A DNA stretch of 64,000 nucleotides from an uncultured cyanobacterium (GTDB taxonomy: Bacteria; Cyanobacteriota; Cyanobacteriia; Phormidesmidales; Phormidesmidaceae): positions 406,652-470,651 of the forward strand of contig CAWBZI010000007.1 in NCBI GenBank assembly GCA_963793265.1. The letters are read 5' to 3'. Each line of letters begins with the position of its first letter. The first letter of the stretch is position 1. Under the pieces are notes generated by a model. The model worked only from the letters and a program-made list of their open reading frames with translations. It was not told where the DNA came from and did not search any database. This document shows, one piece after another, positions 1 to 10,920 of this stretch. Both the position numbers and the translations under genes were made by a program.

Positions 1-374
1 AAGGCGGCTTTCTGTACGACGCTGACAGCTACGCCGACGACCTACCCTACTGGAATCACGACTACAACAAACCACATCTAATCATCCCCTACACCCTCGA
101 CAATAACGATATGCGCTTTGCCACCGCCCAAGGCTTTAACTCAGGCGATCAGTTTTTCACCTACTTACGAGACGCCTTCGATACGCTCTATGCCGAAGGC
201 GAGCAAGCGCCTAAAATGATGAGCGTGGGTCTGCACTGTCGGCTATCAGGCAGACCCGGAAGAGCCGCAGCGCTCGCAAAGTTTTTAGACTACGTGCAAA
301 GCCATGAGAGCGTTTGGATTTGTCGGCGTGTAGACATTGCTCGGCACTGGCACGAGCATCACTCACCGGCATAG
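1..374 (+). CDS. puuE: Allantoinase PuuE / polysaccharide deacetylase family, 3' part (truncated by window edge)
   Basis: Open frame runs from the window start (YDADSYADDLPYW...IPYTLDNNDMRF...GFNSGDQFFTYLRDAFD...MMSVGLHCRL), typical of the PuuE C-terminus. Confidence 0.8.
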   Translation, partial: GGFLYDADSYADDLPYWNHDYNKPHLIIPYTLDNNDMRFATAQGFNSGDQFFTYLRDAFDTLYAEGEQAPKMMSVGLHCRLSGRPGRAAALAKFLDYVQSHESVWICRRVDIARHWHEHHSPA

Positions 375-1318
375 ATCGAGATAATATTTTTACCAATAGT
401 GTGTTCTTTCTCTGCGTAGGTATGCGCCTCAGCAATCTGCTCTAACGGAAAAATCTTGTCAATCACAGAACGAACTTTTCCTGCTTCAATCTGCGCTGTC
501 AGATAATCAAGGTCTGCTCCATTAGCTGAAAGCAAAATCACTCTATACTGCTGACCGTTCCACGGGAAAAGAGAAAGAATACTTTTGAGATAGTTACCAG
601 GAAAGGGCTGAGTTGTTACGTAGACACCTCTAGGCTGCAAAATAGACTCGCACGCCGACAGTGAGCTATTGCCAACAACATCAAAAACGAGGTCGTACTT
701 AACGGTGCCCTTCGTAAAATCTTGTTGCTTATAGTCAATCACCAAGTCAGCGCCTAAGCTCTTTACAAGCTCAGCATTCTTTCCACTACACACGCCCGCA
801 ACCGTAGAGGCTCCCATCATTTTTGCAAGCTGAACAGCATAAACGCCAACGCCACCAGAAGCACCGTTAATCAGCACCTTTTGCCCCCGCTTCAGCGCTC
901 CTTCGTCTCGAAGCGCTTGCAGCGCCGTCATTCCAGCTAGCGGAACCGCAGCGGCCTCCTCATGTGTCATATTCGTGGGCTTAAACGCGGCTACCTCATC
1001 ATCTACAGCCGCATACTCGGCATAGGCTCCTCCTGTAAGCTGATCCATTCGAGCATAAATCAGATCACCCGGCTTGAACCGAGTCACCTGCGCGCCTGTC
1101 TCTACCACTTCACCCGACACATCAAACCCCAGCGTAATCGGAAAATCGCCCCCTGTAAGTATCGCGAGCATTCCCTTCCGCATTTTCCATTCAATTGGAT
1201 TAATGCTGCTGGCATACACCTTCACCAATAGCTGATCGGGCTCGATGTGAGGGCGTTTTATCTCTTCGACTTGCAGAACGTCAGGCGCTCCATAGCGGTA
1301 AATAACAGCAGCTTTCAT
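359..1318 (-). CDS. MDR-family NAD(P)-dependent oxidoreductase (quinone reductase / alcohol dehydrogenase-like)
   Basis: SINPIEWK, GFDVSG, GASGGVG nucleotide-binding motif, 319 aa. Confidence 0.85.
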   Translation of the reverse strand: MKAAVIYRYGAPDVLQVEEIKRPHIEPDQLLVKVYASSINPIEWKMRKGMLAILTGGDFPITLGFDVSGEVVETGAQVTRFKPGDLIYARMDQLTGGAYAEYAAVDDEVAAFKPTNMTHEEAAAVPLAGMTALQALRDEGALKRGQKVLINGASGGVGVYAVQLAKMMGASTVAGVCSGKNAELVKSLGADLVIDYKQQDFTKGTVKYDLVFDVVGNSSLSACESILQPRGVYVTTQPFPGNYLKSILSLFPWNGQQYRVILLSANGADLDYLTAQIEAGKVRSVIDKIFPLEQIAEAHTYAEKEHTIGKNIISIYAGE

Positions 1319-1570
1319 GGCTATGTTCCATTCGTTTACACATTAAACATATCGTAGGCAACCCTCCTGCTAAAAAACTCGCCCTAAAGTCGAATTCGGC
1401 TATCCGAAAATTAGATAGTTGAGCAGCACACTAAGAGATTACAAGGCCATTAGCTAAATTACGTCCGAGTTGACAGCTATACGGCCAAATTATGGTATAG
1501 AGATAAGCAAAGGTGTCAAAGCCTCACATTTTCCGTCTTCACTACGCTATTTTTATTCGGAGACGATGCT

Positions 1571-2914
1571 GTGCGTTTTATACCCGAAGATCTCACTCCA
1601 AAAGCTTTAGCTCAAAGGCTGCTGCCAAGCCGCCTGCTGCTCTCTGATATTGCTGTCGGCATCACGACAGGAACATTGGGCATTCTGTTTGATCTTTCTT
1701 TCGCCGCCCTTATCTTCTCTGATAGCCTATCAGGCTATATCTCAGCCGGTGTTGGCTTTGTCCTCTTTAGCGCTGCCGCCACCCGTATTATGGTCGGGCT
1801 GATGAGTTCGTTTCCTGGAATGGTTGCCGATTTGGCTGGAATTCCTACCGCCATTCTGGCTTGGAGTACAGGCATGGTCATCAGGCAGCTTCCGACAACG
1901 GCAACCTCAACAGAACTTTTAGTCACGGTTATTGTAACGATCGCCTTTACTTCTACGCTTACTGGCGCGTTTTTATGGCTAATTGGCGCAATGAAGCTAG
2001 GCAATGTCAGCCGCCTGCTGCCAGTTCCCGTTGTGGGGGGCTTTATTGCAAGTAGCGGCTGGCTGCTGGTAAAAGGTGCCTTCGAGGTAATGGTGAACCA
2101 GCCCTTTACCCTTGCTGCTTTAATCAATGCTGCTCAGTCCGCTAGCCTATGGCAATGGCTACCCGGCCTGCTGCTTGCTCTATATCTACTGTTCGTGACT
2201 CGCCACCGCACCCGCTCTCTGGTAATGGCGGGGAGTATCATCGGGGCGATCGCACTATTCTACGGCTGTCTATCTCTTACAGGTACATCGCTCTCTCAGG
2301 CAAACGCTCAAGGTTTAACGCTGGGCATTCCTTCATTACAAACAACCTGGCAGCTCTTAAGTTGGAGCGATTTACTGCAAATTAACTGGCAGGCAATTGG
2401 CAGCCAGTGGATGTGTTCTGTAACAGTAAGCGCGATTACGGCAGTGCTTTTGCTGATGAATGTAAAAGGAATGGAGGTAGCGATCGCACGCGAGATTGAT
2501 ATGAATCACGAGCTTAAGGTTGCTGGCCGCGCAAATATCATCATGGGCCTCGTCGGTGGTATTCTCTCTTTCCATTCATTTGGCCGTTCGATCATGGCGC
2601 ACAAAATGGGTGGTCATACTCGCCTGGTGACCTTTGTCGGTGCTGCAACCTTTGTTGTTTTCCCGCTATTGTTCTCCCCTGTGCTCACGTATTTCCCGAC
2701 GACTATCTTAGGCGGATTACTGTTCTATCTAGGGCTATCGGCTTTGCTTGAGTGGGTATATCACGCTCGCAAAAAGCTCTCTACCGCTGACTATGCTATG
2801 GTTCAACTGATTTGGTTAGTCAGTGCCATTGTTGGCTTTTTACAAGGCTTGGCATTGGGATGGGCGATCGCCCTAGCTATCATTCTCTACCGAGTCACCG
2901 CCCGCGTGCGATAA
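1571..2914 (+). CDS. SulP/SLC26-family anion permease, transmembrane domain only (no STAS)
   Basis: Hydrophobic 447 aa; SFAALIFS, LPVPVVGGF, DMNHELK..G.ANI, ILGGLLFYLG; ends right after the last TM helix. Confidence 0.8.
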   Translation: MRFIPEDLTPKALAQRLLPSRLLLSDIAVGITTGTLGILFDLSFAALIFSDSLSGYISAGVGFVLFSAAATRIMVGLMSSFPGMVADLAGIPTAILAWSTGMVIRQLPTTATSTELLVTVIVTIAFTSTLTGAFLWLIGAMKLGNVSRLLPVPVVGGFIASSGWLLVKGAFEVMVNQPFTLAALINAAQSASLWQWLPGLLLALYLLFVTRHRTRSLVMAGSIIGAIALFYGCLSLTGTSLSQANAQGLTLGIPSLQTTWQLLSWSDLLQINWQAIGSQWMCSVTVSAITAVLLLMNVKGMEVAIAREIDMNHELKVAGRANIIMGLVGGILSFHSFGRSIMAHKMGGHTRLVTFVGAATFVVFPLLFSPVLTYFPTTILGGLLFYLGLSALLEWVYHARKKLSTADYAMVQLIWLVSAIVGFLQGLALGWAIALAIILYRVTARVR

Positions 2915-2929
2915 CTACTCTATTTGTTA

Positions 2930-3838
2930 TTACGGCGAAGCGATCGCAAGCATAAGACCCTCGTAAGCAATGGTGGCTTTGGCAAAGCGATCGCTAATAT
3001 CTTTCTGCAAACGGTCTAACGCCTGGTCATCTTGCATAGGGCTATGGTGTAGCAGAACAAACTCTTTTACGTCTGCTTTTTCAGCAATTTCTATGCCGAT
3101 TTCCCAAGGCTCAAGGCTATTAGAGGGGACTGAACCATAGCGCAAGTAGCCAAGGTCAGAGTAGGTGCCATCGTAAATCAGAATATCTGCCTGATGAGCA
3201 ATTTTCAAGAAGTTCAAATCGATGCACTGAGTTGGGGTATCTGTGGCATAGACTAAAACCCGATTCTGCCAGGTAAGGCGATAGCCGAAGGCTGCTGTGA
3301 GCGGATTGATTGCAAAGGCTTCGATAGTAATGTCGTCGATTTGAAAAGTGTCTCGCTCTAAGACGGTGTGAAAGTCTAAGCTAGCTCGCATGTTTTGCAG
3401 GGGCATGGAGAAGTGAGGCTTCAGCATTTGCTCAGTGAGACAGTGCTTAATAGATGCGCCATTAGGCGCTATACCGCCGTAGATGGAAAAATGGTTGTGA
3501 GGATTGAAAGCAGGTTGAAAGAAGGGGAAGCCCTGAATGCGATCCCACTGGGTATGTGTAAAAAATAGGTGAGCGCAAGCTGACTCTTCGGTTTGTGAGA
3601 GCGCGCGGCCTAGCCCAACGAGCCCGGTACCGCCGTCGAAGATGATGCGGCAATCGCCTATGACCACCTCCACACAAACCGTATTGCCGCCATAGCGCTG
3701 ATGATCGAGTGAAGGTGTTGGTACGCTGCCTCTGACGCCCCAAAACCTAACAGAGAAGTCTGCTTCTTTAGTGGCTGATTCTACTGCCTGCGCGCGGGGG
3801 AGGGTAACGGGGCGAGCGGTGTTGACCATGAGAAGCAA
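2930..3838 (-). CDS. MBL-fold metallo-hydrolase
   Basis: FWGVRGS.P, YGGNT.CV, FDGGTG, THTQWDRIQG (degenerate HxHxDH), YATDT, LLHHSP. Confidence 0.8.
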   Translation of the reverse strand: MLLMVNTARPVTLPRAQAVESATKEADFSVRFWGVRGSVPTPSLDHQRYGGNTVCVEVVIGDCRIIFDGGTGLVGLGRALSQTEESACAHLFFTHTQWDRIQGFPFFQPAFNPHNHFSIYGGIAPNGASIKHCLTEQMLKPHFSMPLQNMRASLDFHTVLERDTFQIDDITIEAFAINPLTAAFGYRLTWQNRVLVYATDTPTQCIDLNFLKIAHQADILIYDGTYSDLGYLRYGSVPSNSLEPWEIGIEIAEKADVKEFVLLHHSPMQDDQALDRLQKDISDRFAKATIAYEGLMLAIASP

Positions 3839-3934
3839 AGGTGCTTTATGAAGAGTGTGTGATCTCTAGTGAGCCCATGGTAGATGAAGGGACATCTCAG
3901 TATTTCTGTCGATTTTATGGAGAGATATAGGCGC

Positions 3935-3994
3935 AAAGAAGCCCTGAACACCTATGCTCTAAAGCACGTCTTAGAGAGGCATTCAGGGTCTTTT
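3935..3994 (-). terminator. Hairpin downstream of ppa
   Basis: aaagaagccctgaa...ttcagggtctttt inverted repeat next to the ppa stop. Confidence 0.5.
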
Positions 3995-3997
3995 ACG

Positions 3998-4507
3998 CTA
4001 CTTTGCAGCTTTGACGCACTCGTCAATGAGAGGCTGCACCTGATCGAGGTTTTTCCAACCGAGCACTTCACACTCTTTTTTCTCTAGGTTCTTGTAGGTT
4101 TTGAAGAACTCAGCAATTTCAGCAAGACGGTGCTGATCGAAGTCATCTAAGTTTTTGATATTGGCATAGCGGGGGTCGTCGGCAGGGACGCAGAGGATTT
4201 TTTCGTCTCTGTCGCCGCCGTCAATCATTTCCATCATCCCAATAGGGCGAGCGGGAATGACGCAGCCAGGGAAGGTGGGCTGATCCATAATAACCATGCC
4301 GTCGAGCGGGTCACCGTCGTCTGCCAGGGTGTTAGGGATGAAGCCGTAGTCGTAGGGATACTGTACGGACGAGAACAGTACGCGATCCAGCGCGAAGGCG
4401 TTCAGGTCTTTATCAAACTCATATTTATTTTTGCTACCAGCTGGAATCTCGATAAGCACGTTGACGATGCCAGGCTTGGGCTGAGCGGGAATGCGGGATA
4501 AGTCCAC
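3998..4507 (-). CDS. ppa: Inorganic pyrophosphatase (family I)
   Basis: [34 protein letters not shown] start (VDLSRIP) preferred over the longer ORF start. Confidence 0.95.
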   Translation of the reverse strand: MDLSRIPAQPKPGIVNVLIEIPAGSKNKYEFDKDLNAFALDRVLFSSVQYPYDYGFIPNTLADDGDPLDGMVIMDQPTFPGCVIPARPIGMMEMIDGGDRDEKILCVPADDPRYANIKNLDDFDQHRLAEIAEFFKTYKNLEKKECEVLGWKNLDQVQPLIDECVKAAK

Positions 4508-4672
4508 GAGGTTCTCCTGTTTAATGGCTATTCGGTGAGGTACCGAATAGCATTCTACGGGAGAGCGGGCCTCTAGACACATACTCGCTTCTAGCTAGAC
4601 TTTCAAGTATCGCTTTATGGGCCGCAGCCTTCTTATTGCCAGGCTTTGGTGAGTTTAAAGTTTTCGTCTGCT

Positions 4673-4852
4673 TTATTCTTTAGCTCGCATGGAATAGGTG
4701 GCTGGCTGCTGCTGAACGGTAATCTCGGCGCTAAAATTGGATATTGCGTATAGCGGCAGAGCAAGCGTAGTGACGGTGATCGCAAAGCCGACTATGTTAG
4801 CAATATGGCCGGGAGGTGGTTCAGATTGACGTTCTAGACTCGCAGATTCCAT
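4673..4852 (-). CDS. Small (59 aa) single-TM hypothetical protein
   Basis: Translated by hand: MESASLERQSEPPPGHIANIVGFAITVTTLALPLYAISNFS...; below the ORF-track cutoff; co-oriented upstream of ppa. Confidence 0.6.
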   Translation of the reverse strand: MESASLERQSEPPPGHIANIVGFAITVTTLALPLYAISNFSAEITVQQQPATYSMRAKE

Positions 4853-5301
4853 GAAGTAAAAGAGGTAGACGCTAAGAGGATATACAGCTAGCCGGTAGCA
4901 TAGGCTACATGGTCGGCTGGCCTACTATTTAAGGCAGTAGGAGGGGCTAAATGCAACTGCCTACAGGGCAAATCTGCCAAGTAAAGCTCTACCTTACGAA
5001 CCTTTGACTATATAGTAGCCAAGAGTCTATAGTTCGGCACATTTGATCTCACTTTTATGACATTGTGTTTACTTATCTAAGTAAGCTGACCTTTTACCTG
5101 TGTATTATAAGCCTACGTACAGGGCAGAAGATGAATAAATAGCTGAAAGTCCTGCTGCCGGGGCTGAGATAGATTCACGAAGATATGACGTAGATGATCA
5201 AAGCCATAATGACCGTCGTCAACATCCCACTGGGTATTTAGCCTTAGAGCGCTCAAGGATTTTTGAACTGTTAGTCCCACTGCAAGACTATGCCTGCAAG
5301 A

Positions 5302-6234
5302 CTATGCCTGAGAAATCGTGGTAGAACTTTTCTTCCTTGCCGAAGATAGGAGATCTGTTTCTGTTGGCATTTTCTGCTTGGAGGCTAGCCCTACAAATTG
5401 CAGACATTGAATGAAGAAAAAGGTGAAGTCGTGTAGGTATTTGACTTTGCCGTTTTCGATGGTAATGCCTTGGCGCGCAGACCACGGGAAGGCATGATGG
5501 CAGCTGTGCCAGCCCTCTCCTAGGGTAAGAACGGCGACGAGTGGGTTATTGCGGGCACAGTCACCCGATTCAAAGGGTTGCGTTCCGAACTTATGGCAGA
5601 GAGAATTAACGGTTGCTACACCGTGGAACAAAAGGGTTGAGCTTATGAAGAAAGCTGCTAGATATCCGGTGCCGCCGATAGCGTAAGAGAGCGCAGCTAA
5701 CGCAATTGGCGGTACAAAATGCAAACGATCAACTACTCTTAGAACGATATCCTTTTCGATATCGGCAGGAAGCTTAGAAGGGAAAAAGTTGCCAGTGAGT
5801 AGCCACTGGTAGTGCGACCACCAAATACCGTTGGGAGAAGAATGTGGATCGCGGGGTTCGTCTGAGTAGAGATGATGCTCGTCGTGATGACCTTTCCACC
5901 AGCTTGGCCCCATTTGTCCAGATGAAGAGGCAATAATACTGCCAATCCATTTAACAGGTGCAGGGCTGCTGTATGCTTTGTGGGTGAGTAGACGATGGTA
6001 AACGCCGGTAATTGCCAACATCCTTATCCAGTAAAGGAATGCTATCCACAGCCAAGCGCCTACACTGAGACCGGTAAAGAGCGCTAAGCCGCAGCCTAAA
6101 TGGCATATGACGATTATGGTGGGGCCCATCAGATAGGCTGCTGTCACCAATGGGGAGTAGACCTGCTTTTCGTGCTGATTTGAGAACTGCCTAAAAGCAG
6201 GCTGCCATTTATGGGATGGACTCGTTATTGACAT
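5302..6234 (-). CDS. Delta-9-type acyl-lipid/acyl-CoA desaturase
   Basis: His boxes HRLLTH, HHDEHH, WHSCHH; DPHS; VNSLCH. Confidence 0.85.
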   Translation of the reverse strand: MSITSPSHKWQPAFRQFSNQHEKQVYSPLVTAAYLMGPTIIVICHLGCGLALFTGLSVGAWLWIAFLYWIRMLAITGVYHRLLTHKAYSSPAPVKWIGSIIASSSGQMGPSWWKGHHDEHHLYSDEPRDPHSSPNGIWWSHYQWLLTGNFFPSKLPADIEKDIVLRVVDRLHFVPPIALAALSYAIGGTGYLAAFFISSTLLFHGVATVNSLCHKFGTQPFESGDCARNNPLVAVLTLGEGWHSCHHAFPWSARQGITIENGKVKYLHDFTFFFIQCLQFVGLASKQKMPTETDLLSSARKKSSTTISQA

Positions 6235-6525
6235 TAATTCTATTTTCCTTTTGTCGATATTATCGATGCATCGATAATCATATGCTTTAGGCCAAACATC
6301 ACCATTACATATTTAAGCTACATACACCATGGGCCCATAGTTGCGAATCAGTTGCAAGTCCGCCGGTTATTTTGGCCCTATTGTGATACTAGATTTATTT
6401 GTGAGTCTCTCTTCCGCTTCGCTTAGTATCGTCATGAGACTCCGTAATGATGTCGCTCAATGCGATCGCTGCCTAAAAACCTCTTTGAAAGCCCTTGTCA
6501 AATATTTCTTATTTTGTAAACCCGT

Positions 6526-6554
6526 TTGCAATATTTCGTTACATATGCTATGAT
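6526..6554 (+). promoter_or_regulatory. Sigma70-type promoter of psbA
   Basis: TTGCAA-N17-TATGAT about 85 bp upstream of the psbA ATG. Confidence 0.65.
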
Positions 6555-6638
6555 AGGTACATACCGACGAGCAAAAGCAATTATTTTTTCGCTTCTGCTG
6601 TGTCATATACATATTCACTTTCACCCCGCAATCATTCC

Positions 6639-7730
6639 ATGGTTTCTACAACTAACACTCTTCAGCGGAGCCAAAGCGCTTCTCTGTGGGAGCAGTTTTG
6701 TCAGTGGGTCACAAGCACCGAAAACCGCCTCTATGTTGGCTGGTTCGGCGTCTTGATGATTCCTACACTACTCGCTGCTACCGCATGTTTCGTAATCGCG
6801 TTCATCGCTGCTCCTCCTGTGGACATCGATGGCATCCGTGAGCCTGTTGCAGGTTCATTGATGTACGGCAACAACATCATCTCTGGTGCGGTTGTACCTT
6901 CATCTAACGCCATTGGCCTCCACTTCTACCCCATCTGGGAAGCAGCTTCTCTTGATGAGTGGCTTTACAACGGCGGCCCTTACCAGCTGGTCATCTTCCA
7001 CTTCCTCATCGGCGTCTTCTGCTACATGGGTCGTGAGTGGGAGCTATCCTACCGCCTCGGTATGCGTCCTTGGATCTGTGTTGCTTACTCTGCGCCAGTC
7101 GCAGCGGCAACGGCAGTGTTCTTGATCTACCCCTTGGGTCAAGGTTCGTTCTCTGACGGGATGCCTTTGGGTATCTCGGGTACATTCAACTTCATGTTGG
7201 TGTTCCAAGCAGAGCACAACATCTTGATGCACCCCTTCCACATGTTGGGAGTAGCTGGTGTATTCGGTGGTTCATTGTTCTCAGCAATGCACGGCTCACT
7301 CGTAACTTCTTCCTTGGTACGTGAGACGACAGAAACTGAGTCACAGAACTACGGCTACAAGTTTGGTCAAGAAGAAGAGACATACAACATCGTTGCAGCG
7401 CACGGCTACTTCGGTCGTCTAATCTTCCAGTACGCCTCGTTCAACAACAGCCGTAGCCTCCACTTCTTGTTGGGTGCATGGCCAGTAGTTGGCATCTGGT
7501 TTACCGCTTTGGGTATCTCCACGATGGCGTTCAACCTGAACGGGTTCAACTTCAACCAGTCGATCATCGACTCACAGGGTCGCGTGATTGGTAGCTGGGC
7601 AGATGTATTGAACCGTGCCAACTTGGGTATGGAAGTAATGCACGAGCGAAATGCTCACAACTTCCCGCTTGACTTGGCTGCTGGCGAAGCTGCCCCTGTA
7701 GCTTTGACTGCTCCTTCAATCGCCGCATAG
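6639..7730 (+). CDS. psbA: Photosystem II D1 protein (standard form, Glu130 type)
   Basis: Canonical D1 sequence; [33 protein letters not shown]; start at MVSTT (6639). Confidence 0.99.
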   Translation: MVSTTNTLQRSQSASLWEQFCQWVTSTENRLYVGWFGVLMIPTLLAATACFVIAFIAAPPVDIDGIREPVAGSLMYGNNIISGAVVPSSNAIGLHFYPIWEAASLDEWLYNGGPYQLVIFHFLIGVFCYMGREWELSYRLGMRPWICVAYSAPVAAATAVFLIYPLGQGSFSDGMPLGISGTFNFMLVFQAEHNILMHPFHMLGVAGVFGGSLFSAMHGSLVTSSLVRETTETESQNYGYKFGQEEETYNIVAAHGYFGRLIFQYASFNNSRSLHFLLGAWPVVGIWFTALGISTMAFNLNGFNFNQSIIDSQGRVIGSWADVLNRANLGMEVMHERNAHNFPLDLAAGEAAPVALTAPSIAA

Positions 7731-7771
7731 TCTGAACGATTACGCTTTGGTTGAGACAACTGAATAGAAAG

Positions 7772-7810
7772 AAAAGCCCTCCGTACAGCAATGTGCGGAG
7801 GGCTTTCTAT
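7772..7810 (+). terminator. Intrinsic terminator of psbA
   Basis: aaagccctccgtac-agcaat-gtgcggagggcttt stem followed by a T-rich tract. Confidence 0.8.
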
Positions 7811-8566
7811 TGCGAGAAACAACACAATAATGATCAGGGGAGTCATTACTGTGTTGCCTGGCGTTCCAACCAAAACGCTGCGAATTCTCCGATAGAGAAG
7901 CAAAGTCAACTTCACCCACTTCATCAATACTGGCCTACGGTTGCCGCCAGTCTCTGGTAGGTGCTGTGAAAAGGCACATTCTCACAGCGCTCAGCGGTTT
8001 CAGGCTGAGGTGTGTAATTCCGTTCCGCCTGCATAGTTTCATTCTGATTGAAGTCCTACTTGCTTGAGTATGCGGTTGCCCTGCGCTACCGACAGCGGCA
8101 AGACACGGCGAGAGAGGCGGCGCTGCTAACCGCTGCCTCTCTCGCCATCCGAGTATGGGTACTTTTGCACATTCTCTACCCAGAATCAGGGCAACTATCG
8201 TTGCTACCTCAGCCATTTCGCTACGGCGATATTCGCGATCGCCTATTCGCAAACACCTATGCCTATAGCGTTGCACCAGCAGATGCAGGAAGAAGCTCAA
8301 GAGAAATGTAGCCACTACCAGATCGATTGGCTAAATGCGGCCAAAGTTTTCTACGCCCGACGGGCCTTTCTCAGGATGCTCAGACAGCGTTTTTATCATT
8401 GGCCCCATGGCTTGCGCGATCGCCGTTGCCCCCTCATAGCACTCAATCACCCGCAAAGCCTCATCTACAGCCCGATGCATAAGTCAGGAGCTGGTCGTAT
8501 GGCAAGATGGATTAGGCATGAAGCGAACGACAACTACTACGAAAAAGCTTACGCTGTGTCACCCCT

Positions 8567-9223
8567 TCAGCTAGCAGGTAACTCAATCCAAAAGCGACTT
8601 CCTTCGCCTAACTTAGAGTCAACGCCACACTGCCCCCCCAATCGACTAACCCCGCGCTGCATGATGGCTAGTCCAAATCCTGAACCTTAATAGGATTCAC
8701 AGCCATGCAGCCGCTCGAATGGCTTAAAGATTCGATCTTGATCTTCTACTTTGATGCCGATGCCGTTATCTTGAAAAAACCAGCGAACGGTTGATCCCTC
8801 TGCCGACTGAAGCTTTAGCTGGCCTGTCTCAGCGCCAATGTATATTTGAGGTGAGACGCCTGGTTCCACGTACTTGAGCGCGTTGTTCAAGATATTGTTG
8901 GCAGCTCTGTCTAAAATAAGATAATGTCCAACAACTTTGGGTAGGTTTGGTTGGACTTCAATAGTTGCTTGACTACTTTCAATAGTTGCGTGTAGCGCTT
9001 GTAGAGCATCATCTACAACTGCTTGTAGCGAGACAGAACCCACCGTAAATTCAGCACGAGTCATACGACTGTAGTCCAATAGCGTTTTAAGTAACACGTC
9101 CATTTCTATAGCAGTCGATCTGATGCGCTGCAAGTACTCCTTACCCAGGGTATCCAAGCGATCGCCATAGTCTTCTAGTAAACCAAGTACAAACGCATAC
9201 GGTGAGCCAAGGCCCGTTGGCAA
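8567..9223 (-). pseudogene. Histidine kinase remnant (HATPase) lacking sensor and H-box, with in-frame stop
   Basis: N box (NNALKY), G1 (DNGIG) and F box, then TAA at 8687-8689; the frame continues GSGFGLAI...GEGSRFWIELPAS* to 8567. Confidence 0.8.
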
Positions 9224-9454
9224 CTGTCATCCAGCACGACAACTGACTGTCATGTTACCGCTATGACTTTGACATCTAACATACCGCAAGCTGCTTGAGG
9301 AAAAGAACATTGATGTCATGGTGTACCTATACTGTTAAAGCTACAAGGGGGATTCTGTATGTCTAATCACAGCGGTAGCTACATGCTTAATAAAGTGCTA
9401 TAGCTACTGGAAAAGAGCAACTTCCAAGTGTCTCTACCAGATCAAACTTGCAAG

Positions 9455-10738
9455 TCAGCGTATGTAGTAATCACGGGTGCCTCGATCATTGAGCGCTTCG
9501 CCAATGCGACTTAGCGCATGAATATAGGCAGCTGTCCTAAACGAAACATCTTTATGGCGAGCAATTTGCCAAATGGTTGCCGATTCTTCGGTGATGCGCG
9601 ATCGCAACTCCTGATTTACTTTATCTAGCTTCCAATACAGTCCGCTCCGGTTTTGAACCCACTCAAAATGACTTACCATCACGCCGCCAGCATTGACCAA
9701 TATATCTGGAAAAAGAGAGATTCCTTTCTCTTCTAGAATCTCATCGGCATCCGCAGTGACCGGGCCGTTTGCCACTTCAAAAATATACTTAGCTTGAACG
9801 CTTCGCGCATTGACAGATGTAATTTGATTTTCTAGCGCTGCTGGGATCAGAATATCAACATCCAAAGAGAGAATTTCTTCGTTCGTCAAAGTATCATAGC
9901 TCGCTACATTACACACGGTATCTTTGCAGTACACATCTTTCATCGTCCGATGCGTCTGCTTAAACTGGCGCACGTCTGGAATATGAAGTCCGGCTTTGTT
10001 GTAAATGCCACCTTTAGAATCACTCACTGCAACAACTTTATAGCCTGCTTCAAAAAGCTGTTGAGCGATTACGCTTCCAGCGTTACCAAACCCTTGTATA
10101 GCCACCGTCATTGCCTCAGGTGACTTACCTAGCTTTTGCATCATTGAGTCAAGTACGAAGAATGCGCCTGTTCCAGTCGCTGTGTCACGACCTAAGCTGC
10201 CGCCCATGCTAACGGGTTTACCGGTTATAACCGCAGGCGATCGCACCCCTTTTATAATGCTGTACTGATCCATCATCCAGCCCATAATCATCGGGTTGGT
10301 ATACATATCAGGCGCAGGAATATCTAAGTCCGGGCCAATGAAAGGAGCGATCGCGTCTATGTATCCTCGGCTCAGCCGCTCTAGCTCCAGTCTAGAAAGA
10401 TCTTTTGGATTCAGCGTAATTCCGCCTTTTGCACCGCCAAACGGCAGGTTTACCGCCGCGCACTTAAAGGTCATCCAAAAGGCAAGAGACTGAACTTCAT
10501 CTAGCGAAACATTGGGGTGAAATCGAATACCACCCTTGGTTGGCCCCCTGGTGTCGTCGTAACGAACCCGGTAGCCTTCAAACACTCGCAAAGAGCCATT
10601 ATCCATTCGTACGGGAATAGCAACTTTTAGACTGGCTTTAGGTGATTTTAGGCGCTCGGTAGCATCGTCTGAGATAGGCGCGTACTGTGCAGCTTTTTCG
10701 AGTCGGCGACTGGCATCGGTGAGCAAAGTAGCAGGCAT
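9455..10738 (-). CDS. gdhA: Glu/Leu/Phe/Val dehydrogenase (glutamate dehydrogenase)
   Basis: GPTKGGIRF, GGAKGG, DIPAPD, QGFGNAG, NAGGV; start at MPATLL. Confidence 0.9.
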   Translation of the reverse strand: MPATLLTDASRRLEKAAQYAPISDDATERLKSPKASLKVAIPVRMDNGSLRVFEGYRVRYDDTRGPTKGGIRFHPNVSLDEVQSLAFWMTFKCAAVNLPFGGAKGGITLNPKDLSRLELERLSRGYIDAIAPFIGPDLDIPAPDMYTNPMIMGWMMDQYSIIKGVRSPAVITGKPVSMGGSLGRDTATGTGAFFVLDSMMQKLGKSPEAMTVAIQGFGNAGSVIAQQLFEAGYKVVAVSDSKGGIYNKAGLHIPDVRQFKQTHRTMKDVYCKDTVCNVASYDTLTNEEILSLDVDILIPAALENQITSVNARSVQAKYIFEVANGPVTADADEILEEKGISLFPDILVNAGGVMVSHFEWVQNRSGLYWKLDKVNQELRSRITEESATIWQIARHKDVSFRTAAYIHALSRIGEALNDRGTRDYYIR

Positions 10739-10813
10739 AGATAGTCTTCGCTTTAAGTAGGAAGGCTTCAAGTATAGGCGTAAGGCCCGCAACCTGGTTA
10801 AAGGTAAATAATC

Positions 10814-10829
10814 TGTACGAATAGATACA
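10814..10829. promoter_or_regulatory. NtcA-binding site between divergent gdh and gabD
   Basis: TGTA-CGAATAGA-TACA matches GTA-N8-TAC; -10-like boxes TATACT (minus, 10771-10776) and TACAGT (plus, 10869-10874) lie on either side. Confidence 0.6.
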
Positions 10830-10920
10830 AACTGCAAGTTTTTTGCGCGGCGATGTTTTTGCCATGAGTACAGTTATAGATATCAGCCAGCGAGCAGCAG
10901 ACGCGATTGGGGAGGTAATT

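Noticed and set aside
6495..6638. 48-aa N-terminal extension of D1 in the ORF track
   Set aside because: It overlaps the predicted promoter; D1 similarity begins at the ATG at 6639
7830..8560. ORF fragments downstream of psbA (8048-8311, 8259-8690)
   Set aside because: They look like a decayed gene but I cannot recognise a family; the 3' part of 8259-8690 is just the antisense of the kinase remnant
9249..9275. Motif-B-like GTCAT-N9-ATGAC-TTT-GACAT
   Set aside because: Both spacings differ from the consensus (N8, N4) and it lies far from the other sites
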